Assembly: GCA_013265495.1 (NCBI GenBank)
Contig: MU057651.1
Location: 2,210,948-2,274,947, forward strand
Origin: Vicugna vicugna
Taxonomy: Eukaryota
Direction of reading: 5' to 3'
Length of the DNA: 64,000 nucleotides
The position numbers were made by a program, and so were the translations under genes. Positions within the stretch are counted from its first letter, which is position 1. Each line of letters opens with the position of its first letter. This document shows, one piece after another, positions 52,760 to 64,000 of the stretch. The notes beneath the pieces were generated by a model. The model was given only the letters and a program-made list of their open reading frames with translations, was not told the origin of the DNA and did not search any database.

Positions 52760-53261
52760 TGAGTTGCTCTTATGGTGACTCCCCTTTATTTTTAGGGGGG
52801 AGACGCGGCGACCGGCTTTGCTAAGCAGGAAGGAATCAGCAAAGTCCTCGTGCTGAGCTGGGTTAGAACGGAAGCTGCCCGTCCCCTGAAAGAGCTGTAG
52901 CTGGTCACAGAGGAGGGGGCAGCTTCCAGCATTAGCCTGGGCCCCTGTATCGTGACATTCTGTGTTTACCAGTGGAGACCCCGAGGCTGGGAAGTCACTG
53001 CCCAGGATTCGCAATGACCCACGACCACAAGCTGAAGTCCTGGGTTCTCGTCCTTAAACCACTGGGAAGTTGATACCGTCGATTTCTGCAATGACTGAAA
53101 AGCCCTCAGGAAAGATCTTGCAGGACTGCAGTGTGAATCTCGAATGTATTTTAAGTATTAATTGATTTCTTTTTGTTTTAACCATCAGTTGAACCTACAG
53201 AACCAAGTAGCTGAATTCACATTGGCTGTCCTTCAGACCTAGTCTGTATCCTATAATAATT

Positions 53262-53745
53262 GATTATTTTATTTTATTGAGTTACAGTCAATTTACAATG
53301 TTGTGTTAGATTCTGGTGTCCAGCACAGTGATTCAGTCATACATATATATATATATATATTCCTTTTCATATTCCTTGTCATTACAGGCCATTAGAAGGT
53401 ATTGAATATAGTTTCCTGTGCTGTACAGTATAAGCTTGTTGTTTATCTATTTTATATTTAGTAGTTAATATCTGCAAATCCCAAACTCCCAATTTATCCC
53501 TTCCCACTCCCCTCCCCCACTGGTAACCATAACCTTTGTTCTCTACGTCTGTGAGTCTGTCTCTGCTTCGTAAATATGTTCATTTGTGTCCTTTTTTTAG
53601 GTTCCACGTATAAGTGACATCATATGGTATTCTTCTTTCTCTGTCTGGCTTACTTCACTTAGAATGACATTCTCCAGGTCCATCCATGTTGCTGCAAATG
53701 GTGTTATTTCATTCTTTTTTATGGCTGAGTGGTATTCCACCACCA
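53262..53745 (-). mobile_element. Young lineage-specific L1 3' end with TSD
   Basis: Reverse complement of the 44936 family; CTATAATAA on both flanks (53251 and 53748). Confidence 0.88.
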
Positions 53746-55852
53746 TGCTATAATAACTTTGAATTTTTCCCCTTGTGTATTCTGACTCTGATTCTTTGGA
53801 CTCCTTAGCTAAACTAAAGTATGTTTCAAAACTAACTTTTGTTTCAAAGTATATTTCTGTAACTTATTGCTCTGATGAATTAAATAAGTTGATCTATTTC
53901 AACCAAAAAAAAAAAAAAGAAAAAGAAATGGATACATAAATATTCCAGGCACTGTGCCAAAGACTTTGCCTTCACATAGCTTAAAAATCTGAAGGGCCGG
54001 TAAGCTGTGCACACCAATAATTTTAACACAATGCAGGATGGAGCGGGTCTGAGGAAGAGTGTATTGGTTTGGTCCTTCTGTAATTTCTGCAGGGAAACTG
54101 GTAGTGTTGAATGTAGTAATTCTGAAAAATTTTTAAGAAAGGACATGACGATGAAACCAATTCAAAATATGCCCCCGGCATAAAAATTTAGACAGTTTCT
54201 TCTTTGCAATGTGCATCTGAATTTTGGAACGTTTTATGAAACATTTTTAAAAGACTCAAAAGGTATTCTTTCCGATCATTCTTCAAAGAGAGTAAAGAGC
54301 AGTCTGGCAGCTGCTTTACAATCTGAGTAAATCTGGAAGCAGGCCCTCCCACCCCGCCTGTGTTTTGGAAAATTGTGCGTGGACCCTGCGGAAGAATTGA
54401 AGACGCTAACTGTACTTACCCAGAGTGGACACTAGAGGGCCCCCGAGGCTGCAAAGTTTTCTTCTTGGGACTTAAGTTTTCAGTTTTTAACGGGATCTTA
54501 ACCTCGTAACACAAAGAAATGCTTTCCATTTTTGCTGTGAGATATTGGGACAAAAATATGCATAGTGTCATATGTAAAATACAAAGTAAAATAGATGTAA
54601 ATTCCTATGTGGCCCGGGCCTGGCGAGGGGAGTGGTATTTTATTAAAATCTCACTGCCTCACTCATCACCTGGGCCGCCTTCCCTGCTGGATTTCAAGCC
54701 TCTCCCTGGCTTGCTTTTCTCCCTGAATCTCTGGACGAAATGTCCTGTCTTTTCCGCGGTTCCACACTGAGCAGATTACGGAAGAATGCACACAGTGCGA
54801 TGCCATTTGCATGAAGTCCAGAACCCAGAGACACAAATGTCCTAACTCTGGGCCAAGCAGCGTATAGAGGACCATCCTATTCAAAACCAAACGTGAGTCT
54901 TTCTCTGCTTCCTCCTCTTAAACTTCCTTAAAGGAAAAGATCTTCACTGTATGATCTTTAAGTTTCCGCTCATGATCATGACATTTATTCGTGGCGGGGG
55001 AGCCGTGCCCGCCCCACCGCCTTCAGTGGAGGTCCCATTTCAGAGTCCAGGCTACTGACTCCTTGGGCTTACGTGGTTCCCCTGTCGGAATCACCAATTT
55101 CCCCAAAAGGCAAATGTTTTCAAATTTTCCTCATTAACCGATTTTGTATTCTGGCCACCAAGTCATTTGATTATACTAAATTTTTAAAATAGCCTTTTTT
55201 TTTTTAATTGCAGAACTGAATCTGATTATTGGAGGGGGGGAAGCACAGAAAATAATCAATACCAATAAAAACATAGCCAAACTTCCACACAGAAGCATAA
55301 TCCATCACCATTATTAAGATTTTGGCATATTTCCATCTGTTGTATGCGTCTTGAATCTTTCTTGCATATGTTCACACAGCCTGATCCGTGTACCCTTTTT
55401 ACTGCCTTCACATTACAGTGTCATCCTGGGTGCATCTAATTGTAACTCATCCTAATTTTTATTCTTGTAGATGTGCTGTCATTGACTATTTCATTTATGT
55501 TACATGTGTAAATTCTCTCCAGTTTTTAAATTTTTGCTATGATCCTGTCAAACACTTTTTAAGTGAATCTTCTGCACGATTTGGAATTACTTATTTACAG
55601 GGGAGACCCCTTGAAATGCATTAAATGGGGTCAAAATATATCAACATTCTAAAGCATGTTTCTAAATATTTTCCTGAAAGTATTATGTACGTTTACAATT
55701 AGGTTTTAATTTTTAACGGGATCTTAACCTCTTAACACAAACCCAGAATTTACGTTCAACGTGGATGCTCGGACACCTTCGATAATAGCGTTAAAACTCA
55801 CCAAGTATCATATTTTTTTTCCTTCCAAGTGTGTTCATTGTAAAAAAACAGT

Positions 55853-55968
55853 TCAAGTACGTTTGTACAAAGTAAAATACTTCTTTAAAAATAACTCAAA
55901 TACGTTTGTAAAAAGTAACATAGTTCCTTAAAAATCATTCAAATACGTTGGTAAAAAAAGTAAAACAT
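55853..55968 (+). repeat. 43-bp AT-rich tandem repeat, ~2.7 copies
   Basis: TCAA(G/A)TACGTT(T/G)GTA... units start at 55853, 55896 and 55939. Confidence 0.85.
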
Positions 55969-58184
55969 GTCTCTCATTTTAAATCCCAATATTGAAAGTT
56001 GATACATGATATGTCCTTTCAGACTGTTGCTCCCAGCGTGCCTGGCTGGCTGCAAGGTGGAGATAGCGGCCCTTCGTGGTGTGCGCATGCGCATGCGGGC
56101 TGTGTGGGTGGGGCTGAAACAGAACGTTTTCTGTGACTCTTAACGTCTGTTTTCAGTGGCTGCATGCTATCTCACTACGAGCTATGTTATGATTTACACA
56201 GTCCAATTCATTACAAAAAATATTCCCTATTATTTAAAAATACAGCCATGAACAACCCCCACATAGATCTTTGCACAGTTATGCATCCGTTTCTGTAGAA
56301 CGTCCCTAAAAACAGAGCTGCTGCACAAACTGTCTCATTCAAATCAAAATGTTTCCTGATTTGGCAGGCATGCCCAGTTATTAAGAGATGTTTAGAATTA
56401 AGGAACTGAAGGGATTAACTCCGTTTCCACTGAGTTTTCTAACTGGGACCTAACGCTGGGGACCAGCTTAGGGACTGGAATCCACAATCTCCATTGGATT
56501 CAAGAGGAATTCGTGAAGCTCGGGGCATTGTGTAAGCATTACAAAAAAATAAAAATAAAAAAAGAGAGATACGAATCACTCCTCACTTACAATCTGTGCC
56601 AAGCAAACAAGTTAAAGTCAAACTGACGTAAGGATTTCCCCCCCCCATTATTTTTTTTTCCAAATCTGATTTTTCTCTTTCTCTTAAATACTAAGGCTGT
56701 ATTCTTTGCAGGAGCTTAACGGACCAGGGTGAGGCGAAGTCTGTTTCCTGTTGGTGTTTGTTTTGTGGTTCCATGTAGTTTCAGAATGCCTTGCGTTCAG
56801 GCATCGCCACGGCGAAGCACTGACCTCTGCCGCCAGGACCCCAGGGCACGCAGCCTCGCCCTTCCCTTGGAAAATGGTATCTGGCTTTTCTTTTGCGATG
56901 GAACCCCAGGATCTCACGTCCGTGCATCTCAGCTGGTCTGGATCCTTTTCTTGACCAGCGAGGCCCCTGGGGCTCCGAGCTGGACAGGGGCCCATCCAGG
57001 CGACAGAGCAGATTGACATGCAAGCTCCCGGACCCGCCCCCGGTGCTTTCCAGACTCCGCTTGCCCTTTGGTTTCCCAAAGCAGCCCGGCCCCTTCCATC
57101 AAGCCGTCCGTCATTTCAGCACTTTGCACGGATTCATCTTCATCTGTGCCTTCCCCTCAGTCGTCTCTGACGAAGCATCTGCAAATGATGAGGACTTGTC
57201 CCACCTGGGCAGCGGCTGGCCGAGGTCGCAGGCGGGAGGGGGGTCCTCCCCGGCCATCAGCACCTTTAAGAACATCTCACCACACCCCAGGTCTAGGACG
57301 AGAATGTGAACAGGAGGTCCCTTCCCCAGGGCCACTTCTGCCTTTTCAGCGGACTTTCACAACAGTGTGATGAGGCCAGAGCTGCTGGAACAGGCTCGAA
57401 CCCCCAGGTGACCGATAGGAGGCTGGGGTGGCATCCGTGGTGTCCGGAGCCCAGGTCACTCATTCCGGGAGCCGTAGGAGGACGGTGCCCTGTCCCCAGG
57501 GCGAGCCGCCGGCCTGGGAGCGCTTGCTGGGGTTCAGCCTGTGGCTCGTTTCTGCGTTCCCTTCCAAGAGCAGAGGAGGGGACGAGGCCTGCGAGAGGAA
57601 ACCAAGTCCCAAACAGATCCGGGGCCCCAGCATCTGATCACATGCCGAGAAACGCAGTTGCACCCCACCTTAGTGTGCCCTGCCGCCCCCTTCCCTCAGC
57701 CCTGCCCCCCACACCTGCACGATGCCAGCAGGCGACCCGGCCCCCAGCCCCTGTGCAGGGAGCTGCAGGCCCCCCGATGCGGGCAGAGCGTGGCTCGGAG
57801 GGTTTCAGCTCTGGGCCCGGGCTGTGCCGGTCGCTGTGACCCTCTGCACCCGGCCTCCTCTGTCCCCCTCCGACGGCCCCCTCCTCCTCTGCATCAGTGA
57901 TCTGTGCCCCACGCGGGTCTGCAAACCTCTAGTTGTGCGTTTAACGAATGCACTCGTTGATGGGAGCTCTCGGGAGCCAGGCCTGCTCAGTTTCCACCCT
58001 CAGTCTGCCGCTGGCAGAGAACAGCTCTCAGTAAATGGGGGTCAGAATGAGCTGAGCTTAGACAAACCTACACCCGCCGTCAGCTCTGACCTCGCAGAGC
58101 TCCCCTGTCTGGGCCTGAGGGGCGCTTCCCCCCCGGGCCCGCTGGGTAGGGCTCCATTCTGCCACCAGCCAGCTCAGGGGTCTC

Positions 58185-58290
58185 CGGGCACATCACTTGG
58201 ACGTTTACTAGAGCCTCAGTTTTTGCATCTGCAAAATGGGCAGGACACCGAGACCTACAACGTGGGTGTTGTGAGATTAAGTGAGCCACC
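58185..58290 (+). mobile_element. MIR SINE remnant
   Basis: GAGCCTCAGTTTTTGCATCTGCAAAATGGG...GTTGTGAGATTAAGTGAG. Confidence 0.7.
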
Positions 58291-60539
58291 TCGTGTCTGT
58301 GTGATAAAGGGTGCTGGGCTGCAGGGCGCACTGGGTGGGGGGTCACATCTGTAGCACCGACAGATGTCGCGTGCACGCTGAAATTCTAATGCGCGCGTGC
58401 GTGACCCACCTTCCACCTATAACGTGCTTTTCCCGTGTTCTCTGCATTTCCTGCTTAGCTCTTAATCCCACACCACCCGGGCCCCCTGCTTCTAACTGAT
58501 GCACTTCCTTATACTCTCAAGGCATTTAATTTCTCTTTGATTATGCTTTGATGAGCAAAGCCGATTAGTTGCAAACCGAGGCAGTGATTGAGTCAAGTTT
58601 ACCCCCAAGTTCGCACCATCTCGGCTTCTTTGTGGCAAGCGGCCACGAAAGGAGGCGTTCAGAAGGCTGGGAGCCACGGAACAAAAACAGAGGGGAAGGC
58701 TCCTCCGGTTTGCAGAGGGCTTCCTGATCCTCTTGGTTTTCCGTAAATGGGAGAGTGGGTTTGAAGCGACAGCCGGTCTGGGAACAGTGTCTTTGGGAAC
58801 ATTGATTGCTTCTGCCATTTAAAAAAAAAAATGCCATGTCACGTCGCAGCAGCAGGTGGGCAGGTGGAGCCCAGAGGCCCTTCCCTTCCTGATGCCAGGC
58901 CCAGGCGGAAAAAAGTCCCCTTGTGATGTCGCTGCCAAGGGGTTGCAGGGAACAGGGTTTAGGAGCAGCGTGGGTGAGGACTTTCGTTTTCAAACACTTG
59001 GCAGTTGGTTACACAACTGAATTCGTTTCTCAAGCCTGAGCTGCTCGCCTGTAATCCAGATGCCTGGCTTGTGCGTGTTGTTTTTTTAGATGCAAAGTGA
59101 TATCATGTCATTATTCTCGTGTGACGTGCGATAGCGGTTAGTGTCGGTAACCTGCATGCCACGCGGCACGGGGAACTGTCTTGACGTCGCACGTCGAGCC
59201 CTTCTTGTGATCTTGGCAAATCTCCTGATTCCGTCTGTGACTCCTTAGCGGCTTCCCGAGAGCCGTTTTCACCCTGCAGGTGTTTTAGGGGCAGTGGAAA
59301 AAACCTGTCACCCAGAGGAAGGGGATTTCCTTTGTAACATGCATGGAAGCTTTAATGAATCTTAAGGGGAGAGACAGACGCCTGGATGATTTTGCCCCAT
59401 TTTTTTTTTTAATTGCTTCTCTGACACACAGCTGTGATTCTTCGAGAAAATTCCAAGGAGCCCCCTGGAAAGGGACAGCGGTGGTTCGCTCCCCCGGCTC
59501 CCTCCACCCAACCTGAAACAGAGACTTCCAAGCTTTGATGCCCGCTAGAATTATCCAGAGCGATTTGAAGAAAGCCCCTGATTCCCAGGTCACACCCCTG
59601 ACCGATTCAGTCAGTGTCTGGGGATTGGGGTGGGAGCTGGGCATCGCGACCTTTGAAAAATCCCCGTGAGTTTTCAGCGCTTACTTTGCAGACCACCTGC
59701 CTTCCCATCCTTCCAGCGGCCCGGGCTGGACGCACGCTGCGTTCTCCACCCACCGGGCTGCTGTCTTGGCAACTTCTTTTTCCTTTCAAGGCTTGTATTT
59801 CAGCCAAGTTTAGTTGAGCAGGTGCTCAGCTACTGCGTGCTTTCCCGTTCGCTGACTCCCTCTGAGCCCAGGGTGCCCGGAGAGGCAGTGTGCTGTGTCC
59901 CGGCCACAGGTGACCCAGTGGAGTGCTGCCCCCGTGGCCAAGGGGTCGGTAGAGCCAACTTGGAAGGGAGGCCGGCTCCCTGAATTTGCTGGTCTCACAA
60001 GATCCGTTAACTCCTGCGGCATTGGGGTCCCCTGTTTCATTGCGCACAAGCCAGTGGGTCACGGACACGTGGAGGGCCTGTCTTCCCACCCTTAAGCTTG
60101 GAATTATGACCCTTCCGTAGCCAAGGTCTGGGGCCCACGGGTCCAGATTAGAGCCCCAGCCCTCAAACACTCGGCTGTCCGTGCCCTGCCCTCTGCCGTC
60201 TGCCTGGCCCCTGACGCTGCAAGGGCCAGCCTCCCTGGAGCGCCCTGTTTGGAAATTTCCTCCTGAGGGAAGTGGTCCCTGGAGGTTTCCTTGGCTTGGG
60301 GGGGTGTGGGAAGGACGCGAGGGGACTAAGGGACCCACAGGGGAGCTGTCCCCTGGCCTTCCACAGAGTCTCGGTTGTGTCTGTGCGTCACCTGGGAAGA
60401 GGGACAGGCCGAAGTGATGCCCGGCTCCCGAACAGAGGCAGCCCTGAGGCACGCTGACACCTGGCCCTGCCCTCCCACCAGAAGGCCAGCGACGGCGGGC
60501 TTCTCTGCCGCTGGGAGCTGGGCTGGCGCACCGGCAGGA

Positions 60540-60705
60540 TTCCCATGTTCTTTTTCATTACTGGTGACTACGAGACATTGAATGCAGTTCCCTGTGCTGC
60601 ACAGTAGGACCTTGTGGTTTATCTGTTTTATATGCAACAGTGTGTGTCTGCAAATCTCCAACTCCCAGTTTATCCCTTCCAGCCCCTTCCCTGTGTGTGA
60701 ACACA
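60540..60705 (-). mobile_element. Lineage-specific L1 3' fragment
   Basis: TTGAATGCAGTTCCCTGTGCTGCACAGTAGGACCTTG...CTCCCAGTTTATCCCTTCC. Confidence 0.75.
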
Positions 60706-60819
60706 GGCCTGCCCTTCTGTACAGGACGAGGGTCCGCCTCCATCAGGAAACAGAGCCCAGCACTGAGCCACGCGTGCAAAACACATGCACATGCAAACAG
60801 CGGAATAACATGGACTTGA

Positions 60820-61149
<330 letters not shown>

Positions 61150-62839
61150 TAAGTGTGGGTCCTGTTACTCAACGTGTTCAGATTTGTTGCGGGGTTGGGG
61201 GCGTGCGGGGAGGGGACCCTAATTACGGTCATTCCATTAAAGAACAATTAAGTCCTAAGAGTAAATTTACATGGTTTAAAAAATTAGGGTGTCAAGTCCA
61301 AAAAGACAGGCGAGTCCATCTTCCCACTTAAGGAGCATTTTCAGATATTTAAAGCGTGTTAGGTGAGTGGCCTCTTTGCATCTCGGACTCACAGCTCCCT
61401 CTGCACCATCATCCGAACACACAACCGGGGACACGAAACACACGTTCATGCCTTGTGAATAACCACCTGATTTTTCATAAGAAACAATCTTGGATCGGAA
61501 GCCATATATATATGTATGCGTTAGACACCATTCTGCAAACTGAAAACAGGAGACGTTAGCTGGGAGGGGGGGGGTCACCCAGACCCCGTTCCCCGAAGCT
61601 GCTGGGGGGGGGCAGCAAGGCACCGCTCATTGTGACTCACATTTGAAAGCGTCGGATGGAAGCCTCGGCCTTGCAGACGAGATGACATGGCTCTGAAAAT
61701 GCATGTGCAGGCTTAACCAGGTCCAGACGCCGGGCCGGTGCAAGGAAATCAAGTGTCTTGGTGGGTTGCTGTGTATCTGGGAAGGGGAGCCGGGCAGCAC
61801 CCCCCTCCCCCCCAGGGGTGCCGTTTCTCCTTTTTGGTAGAGAATCCATTTCTTTACCAGATGCCGATGGTGCATCCACTCTGGACCAGGCACCATTTAA
61901 GGCACTGAGCGCACAGGGTTTGAACAGAAAAGATCCAACAGCAGAAGGGACTCAAGCAACTCAGCGGGGTGGTGGGCATGGCTTTGGAAGGAGACAAGGC
62001 AGGGTGACCATGAGCTTGGCAGTCAGGGAGGGCTTCCCGGTGGTGACCTTCAGGCCGAGTCGGACCTTGTGCCCCAGTGGACTTTTCTAAATGCTCCGCG
62101 AAGGGCCCCCTGGACCAGGGCTTGTGGTTCACACAGCCGTTCCCTCTCTTGCTCACTCATCTGTTTGTCCGCTCACTCATCTGATGTTTCACTGGCTCGG
62201 CCATGTGTTTACGGCGCCCCAGGAGTTCGCAAGGATTAGACCCAGCTGGCGAGGGGCTCACAGTCTAACCGTGAGCAGGGGACACGCAGCTGTCCGAGAG
62301 GACGCCGAGGTCATCGGGGCGCCAGCCAGTGTCTGAGGCCGCCCCAGATGCCGGGGCTTCTAGCGAGGCAGCAACTTGTCATTCCGGGGACGGACGAGGA
62401 AACCGCGTGCCAGGTCGCAGGGGGCGCACATGGGGCACCAAAGGGGACTGCACGGAGGAGGTGGTTCCGCCGTGAATCTGGGACGAGGGGACCTGGTCCC
62501 ACGGGAGCTTGAGGCCAGGGCTCTGCTCCCTCCCGGGACCCACGGCAAGCAGCCCCTCACCACCCAACTGTGGGGTCCCCGGAAGGCGGCTCCGGGTCCT
62601 GCATGCCCGCCGTCGTGGGAGCTGCGTGCAGAGGGCCCTCCGCCCCGGCGCGCGACCTAGTTCTACCGGCGGTGACCATCGGGGGCTTCCCGCTGACGGT
62701 GCCGTGTCCCCTGAGCTGAACGTGGGTTTGACAACCGTCTGGTCTAGGCCGTCGGATGAAAAACGTCTGAGAGGAGGTCGCTGGCTTTCAAGGCTAGTGC
62801 TTTGCATTCAATGAGTTTTCTCCCAAGACACATTATTAA

Positions 62840-62960
62840 GTTTCTTTTGGGGGTGGGGTAATTAAATTTACGTACTTATTTTTAGTGGAGGCATCGGGGA
62901 TCGAACCCAGGTCCTCGTGCGTCCTAAGCACACGCTCTACCCCTGAGCCACACCCTCCCC
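62840..62960 (-). mobile_element. tRNA-derived SINE (vic-1 type) with target-site duplication
   Basis: Reverse complement of the same head, with B box GGTTCGATCCC; CAAGACACA on both flanks (62824 and 62962). Confidence 0.8.
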
Positions 62961-64000
62961 ACAAGACACAGTTTTCAAATGTCACAAATTTGTTTGCAAA
63001 GGCAGGGCTGCTGGAAATTTAGACAACGTGCTTTATTTCAGGCAGAGGACCCGGAGAAACCATGTCAAAAGTAAATGCAGCCTTTTATCTGTCGTGGAGA
63101 CTTACTGTCCAGAAAGAGCCGGGAGGACGCTGGGTCTGGACCATTCACGACGGGGGAGGGAGCAAACTCAAAAGCCCCTTTCTCGGGGCGAATGCCAGTG
63201 CTCCTGATGCCTGACCTTTTGGTTCACAATCCACTGTCCCGCCCCAAATATCTCAGACCTCCTCCCCGACGGCCTGTTGGCCTAGAATGTTTCCACAGTC
63301 ACCAGACCTCTATGTACCCAGTGTCCCTGTGCATTTGAAAGAAATCTTTATTTCTGCAGAAAACCCATCCTCCCCATCACTGCAACTGTTACAGGAGAAC
63401 CTGAGCGTTGAGGCCACAGGTCCACGTCCATGGCTGACCCGCCCTCACCCCCAGGCCCTGCGCACACAGCTGTCACCCACTGCCCCAGGGAGGGGACTGA
63501 GAACCCCCTGAGCTGTCTTCCCCGGGGTCCTCGTTCTCCGGGTGCACGTCGGCTCTGGAAACAGTGACAGCATCCCAAGGGCCACCCACTAAGTGACAGT
63601 AAGCGATGGGGTCGTGCTCTGCCGGGTGCCCCGGTCTCCGCCCCCACCTGCGGACGCGCACCCCGGGCAGCGGCTCCTGGAGGGCGGGCGGCTCAGCCGC
63701 GAGGAGGCCCCGGGGACGCTCCGGCTGGACGAAGCCCTGTTCTAGCGGAGGGACGGCAGCCTGGAGCAGGGAGGCCCGGGCTCTGCGTCCCTCCGGCCCT
63801 GGGACCAGAGGCCTCTGAGGCTCTCCATCACGAAGCTGTGCTCTGATTTTGTTTTTTGGTGACACTATACTGTTTTCTGGCTAAAAATTTCCAGTGGAAG
63901 TGGGAGTCTATGTCTGTCTCTGGTGAGTCTCACGAGAACCCAGCGAGGGAGCCTCCTCTTGGTCGTGGCTGCCGGGTCTCCCGTGATGCGCCCGGCTGTT

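Noticed and set aside
55853..55968. CRISPR-like periodic array
   Set aside because: Units are similar over their whole length with no unique spacers, the context is mammalian, and there are no cas genes.
61841..63340. Candidate SPATA48 terminal exon (DQAPFKAL...NRKD at ~61880; MPDLLVHNPLSR at ~63210)
   Set aside because: Only faint resemblance to the recalled human C-terminus, unlike the strong matches of exons 1-8; the real exon is probably beyond 64000.

Overview
Mammalian genomic DNA, most likely camelid (alpaca/llama/camel), judged from two vic-1-type tRNA-derived SINEs and many related short L1 3'-end copies. It holds the head-to-head sperm gene pair ZPBP (minus strand, exons 1-6; exons 7-8 presumably left of the window) and SPATA48/SPMIP7 (C7orf72; plus strand, coding exons 1-8 splicing in frame; last exon presumably right of the window). 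A CpG island and a ~520-bp polypurine tract separate them. Introns are filled with L1, MaLR/ERV LTRs, Tigger1, MER58 and MIR remnants. Three observations stand out. (1) ZPBP exon 1 lacks the hydrophobic signal-peptide segment and is out of phase with exon 2. (2) ZPBP intron 3 holds a collinear series of decayed segments resembling ZPBP's own exons, a possible fossil of lost Ig/Sp38 repeat units (tentative, by-eye alignment). (3) GC3 differs extremely between exons, suggesting local GC-biased gene conversion. Gene identities rest on comparison with human proteins recalled from memory; repeat subfamilies and boundaries are by eye and approximate.
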